This document shows, piece after piece, positions 7,771 through 16,405 of a DNA stretch of 20,471 nt; the first letter of the stretch is position 1, and every line of letters begins with the position of its first letter. The DNA is from Bdellovibrionota bacterium (GTDB lineage: Bacteria; Bdellovibrionota; UBA1018; UBA923), in assembly GCA_040754655.1 (NCBI GenBank), contig JBFMCE010000072.1, positions 1-20,471 on the forward strand, in the 5' to 3' direction. A program made the translations under genes and the position numbers. The notes under the pieces were generated by a model. It did no database searches. It was not told where the DNA came from and worked only from the letters and a program-made list of their open reading frames with translations.

Positions 7771-8967
7771 TCAGAAGACGTCTTGCTTCAACCACTTCAC
7801 CATCGGTTTGAGCAGTTGTTTAACATAGTTTTCATGCATGTATCGCTCGACGTGGCCGTAATCGTTCGCTGGCAAATCATCGCGTATCTGAGCCGAGGTC
7901 AACAAAGTCGATAAGTCTGTCATTAATGGCCCAAACCCGCGACCACTCTTGAGCATCAAGACATCTCCTGTGAAAGCGCTTAGATTATTGATGAACGTGG
8001 TTTCACCCGCGATTCCGCAATTCACATCCCGCACTGTTCGTATGGGAAAGGTGTCCGCAAAACCCTGCGCAATGCTCGGATAGATGCGACCCGTTTCATC
8101 AGCATATTTATAGCTGACCTCAGGAAGAGCTGTTCCATTGAGCTGCACGTATTGGTCTGTCGGGAAGTTCGGCGCGTTCTGGTTTTGAGTGAACAAGATC
8201 GCGAAGGCTTGTCGATTGGTCAAACCTGCAAACGGCGGTAGTGGCGACATTCCATTCGGATCAGATGCAGCCAGTTGCGCCAAGAGTTTGACGAAGGGCC
8301 CATTTTGATCATCATAATAAACGCCGGCGCTGAGGGCTCCTTCCATTTGAGCGCAGAATTGAGCGTTTCTTTGAATGACGGCGGGATCAGTGGTATACAG
8401 AGACCCTTCCCAGAGAAGCAGGCCTTTGTAGTCGTTAGGATGAGCGTTGATCGTCGCAAGAGCGGCGATAGCCCCAAGCGAAAACCCGCCGACGACCGGT
8501 TTGTTTGAGCCATGAACTGAAGCGACTTGGCTTCGAATGAAAGTGATGTCGTCTACAAGAGATTGCAAACCCCAGGTATTCATGACTGAACAGTCTGTCG
8601 TGGCGCACTCTCCAGATTCGACCAAGGTTTCACGCGGAGAGATCCCCCAGACATCAAACTTTCGATCAGCCAAATAGCCAGCGATGGAGTCTTCAACATC
8701 TCCGGTTGAAGTGAATTCATAGAAACCAAAGTGGTTCAATAGACCGGGCACTAAAATGATCGCGCCGTGGTATGTGTGCACCTGGCGGTCTTCGCGAATA
8801 CGGACAATCTTAAAAGTATTCAGTGGATTTGAATCAACCTGAACGGTCATCGTTGTTTTTAAAAAATCTCCGAATGGTTCGTCGATTGACGAGGTGATCG
8901 TGTAACTCCAACCCAATGTATGACAAAAGAACAGCAACCCCATGACGAGGTTTCTTACGACTTTCAT
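7771..8967 (-). CDS. Secreted alpha/beta-fold hydrolase (lipase/esterase-like, 398 aa)
   Basis: Signal peptide MKVVRNLVMGLLFFCHTLGWS, ILVPGL oxyanion motif, GY...FDVWG, nucleophile elbow GFSLG, C-terminal YGH. AAGGGGG SD before ATG 8967. Confidence 0.88.
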   Translation of the reverse strand: MKVVRNLVMGLLFFCHTLGWSYTITSSIDEPFGDFLKTTMTVQVDSNPLNTFKIVRIREDRQVHTYHGAIILVPGLLNHFGFYEFTSTGDVEDSIAGYLADRKFDVWGISPRETLVESGECATTDCSVMNTWGLQSLVDDITFIRSQVASVHGSNKPVVGGFSLGAIAALATINAHPNDYKGLLLWEGSLYTTDPAVIQRNAQFCAQMEGALSAGVYYDDQNGPFVKLLAQLAASDPNGMSPLPPFAGLTNRQAFAILFTQNQNAPNFPTDQYVQLNGTALPEVSYKYADETGRIYPSIAQGFADTFPIRTVRDVNCGIAGETTFINNLSAFTGDVLMLKSGRGFGPLMTDLSTLLTSAQIRDDLPANDYGHVERYMHENYVKQLLKPMVKWLKQDVF

Positions 8968-8993
8968 GTGAATTTCCCCCTTTATGAAGATTA

Positions 8994-9021
8994 AGCATAA
9001 AAGGTCTTTCACTTAGGTCAA
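8994..9021 (-). promoter_or_regulatory. Putative sigma70 promoter of the hydrolase
   Basis: Minus strand TTGACC (9021-9016), 16 nt, TATGCT (8999-8994). Confidence 0.5.
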
Positions 9022-9149
9022 TGGGGAAAATTGAAAACAAACGGATTCCTATGTCGAGTAGCTGTGGTTTGAAGCATAAGGCTTTGTGAGCGGTCGTGGA
9101 ACTTCATTTTTTTTGCTTCGATCAGTTCACGTTCCATAACCACATTAGT

Positions 9150-9178
9150 TTGACGAACCCGCCAGACCTTGTTAGCGC
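9150..9178 (+). promoter_or_regulatory. Putative sigma70-type promoter with extended -10
   Basis: TTGACG (9150-9155), 17 nt containing TG at 9170-9171, TAGCGC (9173-9178), then 8 nt to in-frame ATG 9187. Confidence 0.4.
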
Positions 9179-9186
9179 AAATTCCT

Positions 9187-9897
9187 ATGATTAGGGCGGT
9201 ATCGTGTTGGGAATGGGGATTTTCAGTATTACTTTGTTTTTTTTCGGGATCGGGATGCAGTTCAGAGGTTGCGCGAACGAAGTTGCTGACTCAACTCGAG
9301 TCGGTAAGCAATGCGGTCACCGAGGCCGAAGCTGCATATGAGCGCGTTTCGATTTTTCACATCCCTGGTCTGACCTTGGGAACACCTCTAGGCAGCGTTG
9401 GTCCGTCAAAAAGAGGTACGGAACCTTTAGAAGGATTGAAAGAGTGGGCCGAGAAGATGGTCGAAGTACCTCTTCGAGTTCAAGAGCTCGCTGCCATCTT
9501 GGAGCAATTCCCTCAAATAAAAAAAGATTCAGATTTCAGTAAAAAACTCTCAGAACTTTCAATTCAGCTTCATGATCACGTCTTGGGCGTCTTTGGAATG
9601 CAGTTGCGATTGCTCATCCCGAGCCAATACCTAGAAGAAGCTTCGCAGGCGATGTGGGAAGTGGTGCAGTCTTCCGTCGAAAGTTATGAACTTTACAATA
9701 TCAGGATGAGGCTTGAGCCAGAGATCCGCTTGCTCGGCGGGATCATCGAGTATGATTTTCACCTTGTTGAAGACAATGAATGGCAGCCATCAGGCAAAGG
9801 AACTCTTCGTGATTCTTCTGCTTTGAGGGCAAGCCACTCCATCTCATGGAATGCCCAAGAGTCTCAAATTGAGGTTCACCAGCTCACGGATCCGTGA
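9187..9897 (+). CDS. Hypothetical protein, possible lipoprotein (236 aa)
   Basis: Long ORF filling the gap. Hydrophobic N-terminus ends SGSG|CSS (lipobox-like), followed by a helical, Glu/Leu-rich body. No family recognised. Confidence 0.65.
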   Translation: MIRAVSCWEWGFSVLLCFFSGSGCSSEVARTKLLTQLESVSNAVTEAEAAYERVSIFHIPGLTLGTPLGSVGPSKRGTEPLEGLKEWAEKMVEVPLRVQELAAILEQFPQIKKDSDFSKKLSELSIQLHDHVLGVFGMQLRLLIPSQYLEEASQAMWEVVQSSVESYELYNIRMRLEPEIRLLGGIIEYDFHLVEDNEWQPSGKGTLRDSSALRASHSISWNAQESQIEVHQLTDP

Positions 9898-9912
9898 GCT
9901 GCCTGACGCGCG

Positions 9913-10704
9913 CTAGAAATCTGATTTTCGTTCAATGCGTTCGATCTCTTCAAGCCTGTTGATGAGGGCGGAAGGTTTTATTTTGGGTACGGCTACTTGT
10001 GCCCTGCCTTCAAGCGCCTGCTCTAAAAGCTTATTGAGGCGCAGGATCTGTTTTGAATCTCGTACTACGAGAGCCGCGAAATCGCGTGAGTAGAATTCTC
10101 GCATTGAATAAGGCTTCCAGACGAAGAAGGCCTGCAGACGCAACCAGTCCATCCGGCGATGGTCGGGATCAAACCCGCGCGGGATGCGTTTCGCGATTTT
10201 TTCATCAGAAAATCCCTTCGGGAAGCTTTGCGCAAAGTCTTTGGTTTCAAAAAGCTTCTCAAATGGCGATGGGTCGCGAGCGATTGCTTCTCGAAGAAGC
10301 TTCATCTGCCGGGAGGACGGCATATAAAGGCCGCCTGCAATCAGCACGGGGTCTTTGGGATCTTCGGTGTTGATGAGAAAAAAAACATTGGGGTTGGTTT
10401 CAAAGCGTGATTGTCTCGGCCGTGCCGCCGAATAAGAGACCCAATCCTTATAGATCCCACCGCCATATTGCGCCGCAGATTTGCTCGATCGTTTCAATCT
10501 GCCGATGCCTTTTTGCGGGAAGTTGTAATGTGGGGCTAAGTGCCCCAGGCTTGATTTGAGGGTTTGAGCGAGGTTCTTAAGCGGTTCGAGCACGACTTCT
10601 TCGTACTCGGACCAGTGCATTTCCAGCCAATCTTCACGTTTTTGGCGTGCGGCTTTCTTAAGGAAACAAAGAGTGTCATGGGAAAATCGAGGGGTCGCAT
10701 CCAT
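9913..10704 (-). CDS. DUF2461 / TIGR02453 family protein (263 aa)
   Basis: F...TL.FL...REDW...H...YE..V.EP N-terminus, IYKD, IAGGLYMP...LREAI, KRIPRGFDPDH...WLR. Confidence 0.85.
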   Translation of the reverse strand: MDATPRFSHDTLCFLKKAARQKREDWLEMHWSEYEEVVLEPLKNLAQTLKSSLGHLAPHYNFPQKGIGRLKRSSKSAAQYGGGIYKDWVSYSAARPRQSRFETNPNVFFLINTEDPKDPVLIAGGLYMPSSRQMKLLREAIARDPSPFEKLFETKDFAQSFPKGFSDEKIAKRIPRGFDPDHRRMDWLRLQAFFVWKPYSMREFYSRDFAALVVRDSKQILRLNKLLEQALEGRAQVAVPKIKPSALINRLEEIERIERKSDF

Positions 10705-10826
10705 AGTGGTTTCAATTCTTCCAGCTCAAATCAGTTGAGTTAGCGCAATCAAGTGCCCTTCGTTCTCTCGATATCCCGATAATTCTTCAACATCAAGGGC
10801 AGAGAACGAATCGATTCGAGATGAGT

Positions 10827-10843
10827 CTGGTACACATTCTGCT
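10827..10843 (+). promoter_or_regulatory. Putative sigma54 (-24/-12) promoter of the PAS kinase
   Basis: CTGGTACACATTCTGCT, with GG (10829-10830), N10, GC (10841-10842). Close to the TGGCAC-N5-TTGC consensus. Predicted TSS about 10854, ATG 10859. Confidence 0.45.
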
Positions 10844-10858
10844 TCCTCACATACGTAT

Positions 10859-13192
10859 ATGGCCTCTCGAGCTTTGGCGAAAAATCAGCATCGTTCCGCG
10901 CAGTATCTTAGGGAGTCGAAGGACCAAATCATCACTTTGTGGGAATCTCGCGTGCGTCAGGTCGTGCATTCAACGGTTAAAGAAAAGCATTACACATTGG
11001 CAGATTCTTTACCGCAATTGCTAGGCGAGCTTGCCGACTCGTTAGAGTTGCAGCGCCTAAAGCTGGATGCTTTGAAAGACATTTCTCATGGACATGCATT
11101 GCAACGTTCATCCATTGCCGATTATTCGCTTGAGGATGTTCAGTCAGAATACACCATCCTCAGGCAAGTGCTGCTCGAATTCTTAGGTCCGGCTAATGAT
11201 CTCGACTCGAGAGAGCGAGATATCCTTCTGGACTTTATCTTCGAATCCCGAATGGCCGCCGTCTCGGAGTATTTGAAGTTGTTAAGAGATCGCGAAGAGC
11301 AAAACTTACGAGAACTGAAGCGTTCTCAGGCGCAGGCCGAACTTGAACGCAAAAGACTTTACGCTTTTTTTGAGCAGGCGCCCGTGATGATCGCAGTCAC
11401 CCGCGGACCCGAGCATATTTACGAGCTTTCGAGCTCTTATAACGAAGCGTTCTTTGGCAAACGCGAGTTGATCGGCAGGCGTGGTAGAGAAGTCTTTCCC
11501 GAGGAATCAGTTCAGAAGCTTTTCGACATCCTTGATAAAGTATATGCGACGGGGCAACCCGTTTCCCTGCAGGAAGCCGCGATCACTCTTGAGCAAACTG
11601 ACGGAAGTTCTAGGACAGCCTACTACAACGTCAGTTATAGGGCATGGCACGATATCGACGGCAAAATCGCTGGAACCATTATTGCCGCGGTCGACGTGAC
11701 TGAGCAGGTCATTGCGCGCAGGAAAGTCGAGCAGGCCGAGAACAAGTTTCGAAGGCTTTATGAGTCGAACATGATCGGGGTCATGTTTGGCGACATCAGC
11801 GGCGCGGCTCATGAAGTGAACGACTATTTCTTGAATCTTACCGGGTATTCCCGGGCCGACTTCGAGGAAGACAAGTTTCGTTGGGATTTGCTCACCCCGC
11901 TCGAGTTTCAGCACCTCGATCAGAAGGCCGTTGAAGAGATGTTGCTTGCCGGCAAGTGCCAACCTTTCGAAAAGCCTTTGATCCGTAAAGATGGAAGCTG
12001 GGCTTGGGTACAGAGCACTGGGGCCTTCTTGGATGAAGCCCGTTTCAATCATGTGGGGTTGGTTACGGATATTACAGATCGGAAAAAGACCGAGGAAGCC
12101 TTGCGCGAAAGCGAAAGGCGTTTTCGCCAATTGGTCGAGGCAATTCCGCATCAGGTGCAGGTGTACAGCGCTGAAGGCAAGCCACAGTACATCAATAGCC
12201 GCGCCGCCGAATTTCACGGGCTTCCGGTCGACTCGATGAAAAGGGTCGAGCTTTGGAAGAAAATAATCCACCCTGACGACTATGCAAGGGTGGTGGACGA
12301 ATTTTCAAAAGCGATAGAAAAGGGAACGCCCTGGGGTTTTCAATACCGGGGAAAACGCGTGGATGGGGAGTACCGGTGGTTTCTATCGCGGGGAGTGCCG
12401 ATTACCGATGCGCGTGGAAAAATCAGCAAGTGGTATGGCACCAGCACCGATATTGATGACCATATACGCGCTATGGAAGCTCTTGAGCAGGAGCGTGGGT
12501 TAAGAGAGCAATTCGTGGCGACCTTGACTCATGACCTCAGGTCGCCGTTGACTGCGGCAAAGATGAATACCCAAATCTTGATGAGAAAACTAAACAGCCC
12601 GGATCAATTGAAGATCGCCAATCGGGTGCTCAACAATATCGAGCGCACTGATAAGATGATCGTTGATTTGTTGGACGCCAATCAAATTCGAGCGGGCCAA
12701 CCTTTGACGCTTCAATTGGTTGATTGCGACTTAAGGGAAATAGCGCTCAAAGTTATTGAGAGCCTCACTGCCATCCACGGCGATAGATTTGTTTTAGATG
12801 CTGATCGTTCGGTCAAGGGCTATTGGAGTTGCGAACAGTTATATCGGGTGCTTGAAAACCTGGTCACAAACGGGATCAAGTATGGCGATCCTTACACGCC
12901 AGTCGTCGTCTCTCTTAGTGAAGAAGACCAAGAAGCCTTGATCGCGGTCCACAATCGCGGCAAAGGTCTTTCGAGTGAGGAACAGAAAAATCTTTTTAAT
13001 GCTTACCAAAGAAGCAGATTCGCTTTGAACAGCGGAAAGAAAGGTTAGGGGTTGGGGTTGACCCTGGTTCAGGGCGTGGTGGCAGCCCATAACGGAACGA
13101 TCAACGTATCGAGCAACGAAGACACCGGTACTACATTTACCATCGTGCTGCCCAAGAACCTTCAGAGTAAGCAAACAGCGCGGTCACGATGA
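10859..13192 (+). pseudogene. Cytoplasmic multi-PAS sensor histidine kinase (RsbRD_N-like, 3 PAS/PAC, HisKA, HATPase_c) with an in-frame TAG in the G2 box
   Basis: H box THDLRSPL, N box ENLVTNGIKY, G1 HNRG, then KG-TAG(13046-13048)-GLGLTLVQGVVAAHNGTINVSSNEDTGTTFTIVLP, continuing in frame for 47 codons to TGA 13190-13192. Confidence 0.85.
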
Positions 13193-13196
13193 GGCT

Positions 13197-14720
13197 TTAT
13201 CTGTGAAAGATGGCGCTATCGGTGAATTCATTGCTGAACATGCCATCAGGGTCAAGCTCTCGCGCGGTCTGCTTGAAAGCTTCCCAATCTTTATTATAAA
13301 GCGCTTTTAAATTAGCGTATCTGAATACCCACTCCGCATTTTTTCCCCAGTGAGGCGCTGCTCCGAAGCGGCTTATCAGTTCGCGAACCAGACCATGAAC
13401 CTCTCCATAGTAGCGGGTATCCCGCGCGTAACTTGCATTTTTCTTGGCTTTTGAAGGCATATAGTCAAAGAATTCGAGCATCACTCTTTCTTCGCCTTCT
13501 TTTCCCCCTTCGACGTGCGCAATCATTGCTCCATCATCTCTATTGGCAAATCGAAATACGATTCCAGCGAACGGAAAACACAGCCTGCGAGCTTTTACAT
13601 AAGTTTTAATAAAGCTCAGGACGTCGTAAGAATCTTTCTTTGCGAATGATAAAGACCAGTCGAATGAATCAAGAGACTCAGGGATCTCCTCGGTCCGGCT
13701 GGTGAGCATTTTGTGAGAGGGGCCTACGGCAAGCGTAGTGAATACTTCTTCACCGTCTTTATCTAGTTGTACGAGAGGAGGTTCTTTTTCAAAGGCCCCA
13801 AACCGTGTTTCCTCGAGCTTGCAGTTGATGCTCTTGTTGTTTTTTCCTAATTTTGCGGCAAAAGACATGAGGTGCCTCTCCGCGCCTTCAGGAAAATTCG
13901 CAAGCGTCATGTTTTCTGCTCCGGCATCGGGCGCGCGAGAAGTCTTGTTTCCACATAACCTTACGAAACGGTCGATGCTTGGGAACCATGAGTACAACTC
14001 GTGTTCGCAGTCGTGACCCCATCGGACGGTCTTGTCTCTTTCGTTGATGAGATCCGAGGCCTTGAAATATTCGTTGCGCATTTCGACGTTGAATTGAGGA
14101 TACACCTTAAACTTCGCTGCCGCCACGAAGCCAAGCAGCCCTAAATTCGTTTTCGCAGCCCGAAATATTTTTGAGCTTGGGTCAGACACTATCAATTTAT
14201 CGCCCTTCGCAGAGACTAAGGTGACCTCACGAAGAAGTTGCGAAATGAGGGCTGGGTGTTTTAACGAGCTGCCGTGGACACCTGTTCCCAATACTCCGCC
14301 CACGGTAGGAAGCCTCGAGTCTGGATAGGCAAATCCAAGGGTATATCCGGTTCTATCCAGATATTCCGCAAGCTCGCCGATCGAAACCCCCGATTCTACA
14401 TGAACTACGGTATCGTCACCCAATCTCTCAATACCGAGGATGCGGTTGAAAGCGGTTGATCGGATCACGATTTCGGTTCCGCAAATGAGGGAACTTGTCG
14501 AATGAAGGGCGCCAATGAAACGAACCCGAGTTTTGCTGGCGTAGGCTTGGCGTACAATCGATTGAAGCTCGCCGATATTTCTTGGGGCCAAGATTCGTGC
14601 TGGATTTTGGCACTCGGTCTGATCGTTGTAGGAAGAGTATCCGGGCGGAGTGTTGGCCATCGAAGAGCCGGAAGCCAGTATCAGTGCCAGCAAAGAAAAA
14701 GAGAGAAAAATTTGCGCCAT
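13197..14720 (-). CDS. Secreted FAD-linked oxidoreductase, aldonolactone oxidase (GULO/ALO) family (507 aa)
   Basis: Signal peptide MAQIFLSFSLLALILASGSSMA. FAD_binding_4 motifs GALHS, VESGV, PTVGGVLGTGVHGS, NLGLLG. C-terminal PHWGKN and LDPDGMFSN. Confidence 0.9.
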   Translation of the reverse strand: MAQIFLSFSLLALILASGSSMANTPPGYSSYNDQTECQNPARILAPRNIGELQSIVRQAYASKTRVRFIGALHSTSSLICGTEIVIRSTAFNRILGIERLGDDTVVHVESGVSIGELAEYLDRTGYTLGFAYPDSRLPTVGGVLGTGVHGSSLKHPALISQLLREVTLVSAKGDKLIVSDPSSKIFRAAKTNLGLLGFVAAAKFKVYPQFNVEMRNEYFKASDLINERDKTVRWGHDCEHELYSWFPSIDRFVRLCGNKTSRAPDAGAENMTLANFPEGAERHLMSFAAKLGKNNKSINCKLEETRFGAFEKEPPLVQLDKDGEEVFTTLAVGPSHKMLTSRTEEIPESLDSFDWSLSFAKKDSYDVLSFIKTYVKARRLCFPFAGIVFRFANRDDGAMIAHVEGGKEGEERVMLEFFDYMPSKAKKNASYARDTRYYGEVHGLVRELISRFGAAPHWGKNAEWVFRYANLKALYNKDWEAFKQTARELDPDGMFSNEFTDSAIFHR

Positions 14721-14746
14721 GGTCCCACCCCCGTGAGATGGGAGGA

Positions 14747-14775
14747 GAGCTAGCTTCATGCCTTTCTCAAGTCAA
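14747..14775 (-). promoter_or_regulatory. Putative sigma70-type promoter of the oxidase
   Basis: Minus strand TTGACT (14775-14770), 17 nt, TAGCTC (14752-14747). Confidence 0.4.
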
Positions 14776-14812
14776 GGGGACACTTTGTTTTTTTGAAGGT
14801 TTTCGGCTTTGT

Positions 14813-16405
14813 TTACTCTAAGCCCTTTTTTGCGAGATATTCGTCATAGCTCATGTCGTAATCATTAACGCCGTTTTCTGTGATTTCAATCACGCGATTC
14901 GCAACGGTTTGAACGAATTGATGGTCATGCGAGGCGAAAAGCACCGTACCTGAGAAACGAGTGAGTGCGTCGTTCACCGAGGTGATTGATTCAAGGTCAA
15001 GGTGGTTGGTGGGTTCATCGAGCAATAGGACGTTGGCGCCGCTGAGCATCATCATCGAAAGCATGCACCGCACGCGCTCGCCTCCTGAGAGGACGCTGGT
15101 TTTCTTGAGAGGCTCGTCACCGGAAAAAAGCATCCGCCCTAAGAAGCCTCGAACGAAGTTCTCTGATTTGTCGCTTGAATACTGGCGCAGCCAATCGACT
15201 AGGCTCAAGGCTTGCCCTGAGAAATACTTTGAATTGTCTTTCGGAAAATAGCTGCGCGTAGTGGTGACTCCCCAAGAAAAATCGCCGCTATCGGGTTTGA
15301 CGTCTCCTGCCAAGATGCGGAAGAGCATTGTTCGCGCGATTTCATTTTCGCCCGTGAAAACGACCTTGTTCCCTTTTTGAAGGGTGAAGCTCACGTTTTT
15401 CAGCAGCTGCGCTCCTTCCACCGTTTTAGAAAGATCGCGAACCATCAGCAGCTGGTCGCCGGCCTCTCGCTCGGGCTTGAACTGCACGAAAGGATAACGC
15501 CTGGTCGAGGGCTTGATGTCTTCGATGTTCAGCTTCTCGAGCATCTTCTTTCGTGACGTAGCTTGTTTTGATTTCGAGGCATTGGCGCTGAAACGAGCGA
15601 TGAAAGCCTTAAGTTCTTCCGCCTTCTCTTTGGTTTTCTTTTGTTGGTCTTGTTGAAGCTTGAGCGCAAGCTGGCTTGATTGATGCCAGAAGTCGTAATT
15701 GCCCGTGTGCAGAGTTATTTTGCCGAAATCGATGTCTGCCATGTGGGTGCAAACCTTATTCAAGAAATGCCGGTCGTGCGAAACGACGATCACGGTCTTC
15801 TCGTAATCCAAGAGGAATTCTTCAAGCCAGTGGATGGCCGCGATATCCAGATGGTTGGTGGGTTCGTCGAGCAAAAGGATATCAGGGGTTCCAAAAAGCG
15901 CCTGCGCAAGCAGTACTTTGACTTTTTCTGAGCCGCTCAACTCGCGCATTTTCTTGGCGTGGCTTTCAGTCCCGATTCCCAAGCCAGCTAGAAGCGTGGC
16001 GGCATCGCTTTCCGCAGTCCAACCACCCAGGTCAGCAAACAGAGCTTCAAGCTCGCCAGCCCTGATGCCGTCTTTTTCGGTCATTTCGGGTTTGGCGTAC
16101 AGGGCTTCTCTTTCTGAGACAAGCGAAGCAAGGCGTGGTTGCCCGAGCATCACGGTCTTTAAGACTTCAACATCATCGTATTCAAAGTGGTTTTGTTTTA
16201 AAACCGCGAGACGTTCGCCTGGTGTGATGCTGACCGCACCGGTGGTGGGAGAAACCTCGCCCGAAAGAATCTTTAAAAAGGTAGACTTGCCCGCCCCGTT
16301 CGCCCCAATCAAACCATAGCAATTTCCCGGGACAAATTTAATGTTAACATCTTCAAAGAGTTTCTGGCTGCCAAAACTAAGGCTGATATTTGATGTCGCG
16401 ATCAT
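14813..16405 (-). CDS. ybiT: ABC-F family ribosome-associated ATPase (YbiT/YkpA-like, 530 aa)
   Basis: Two ABC domains and no TM segments: YGLIGANGAGKST, LSG, LLLDEPTNHLD twice, linker FIARFSANASKSKQATSR, degenerate second Walker A (GENEIART). ATG 16405 overlaps the upstream stop (ATGA). Confidence 0.92.
   Translation of the reverse strand: MIATSNISLSFGSQKLFEDVNIKFVPGNCYGLIGANGAGKSTFLKILSGEVSPTTGAVSITPGERLAVLKQNHFEYDDVEVLKTVMLGQPRLASLVSEREALYAKPEMTEKDGIRAGELEALFADLGGWTAESDAATLLAGLGIGTESHAKKMRELSGSEKVKVLLAQALFGTPDILLLDEPTNHLDIAAIHWLEEFLLDYEKTVIVVSHDRHFLNKVCTHMADIDFGKITLHTGNYDFWHQSSQLALKLQQDQQKKTKEKAEELKAFIARFSANASKSKQATSRKKMLEKLNIEDIKPSTRRYPFVQFKPEREAGDQLLMVRDLSKTVEGAQLLKNVSFTLQKGNKVVFTGENEIARTMLFRILAGDVKPDSGDFSWGVTTTRSYFPKDNSKYFSGQALSLVDWLRQYSSDKSENFVRGFLGRMLFSGDEPLKKTSVLSGGERVRCMLSMMMLSGANVLLLDEPTNHLDLESITSVNDALTRFSGTVLFASHDHQFVQTVANRVIEITENGVNDYDMSYDEYLAKKGLE

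Noticed and set aside
8971..9032. Anti-SD (ATTTTCCCC) able to pair with the hydrolase SD
   Set aside because: It lies upstream of the predicted -35 box, so it would not be in that transcript.
13046..13048. Genome-wide TAG reassignment or pyrrolysine
   Set aside because: It is the only internal TAG I found in a conserved gene. TAG ends three genes at plausible C-termini (2424, 7680, 9913), and no pyl genes or suppressor tRNA are in the window.
12839..13174. 111-aa minus-strand ORF over the kinase end
   Set aside because: It is the antisense shadow of the HATPase codons that continue past the TAG.
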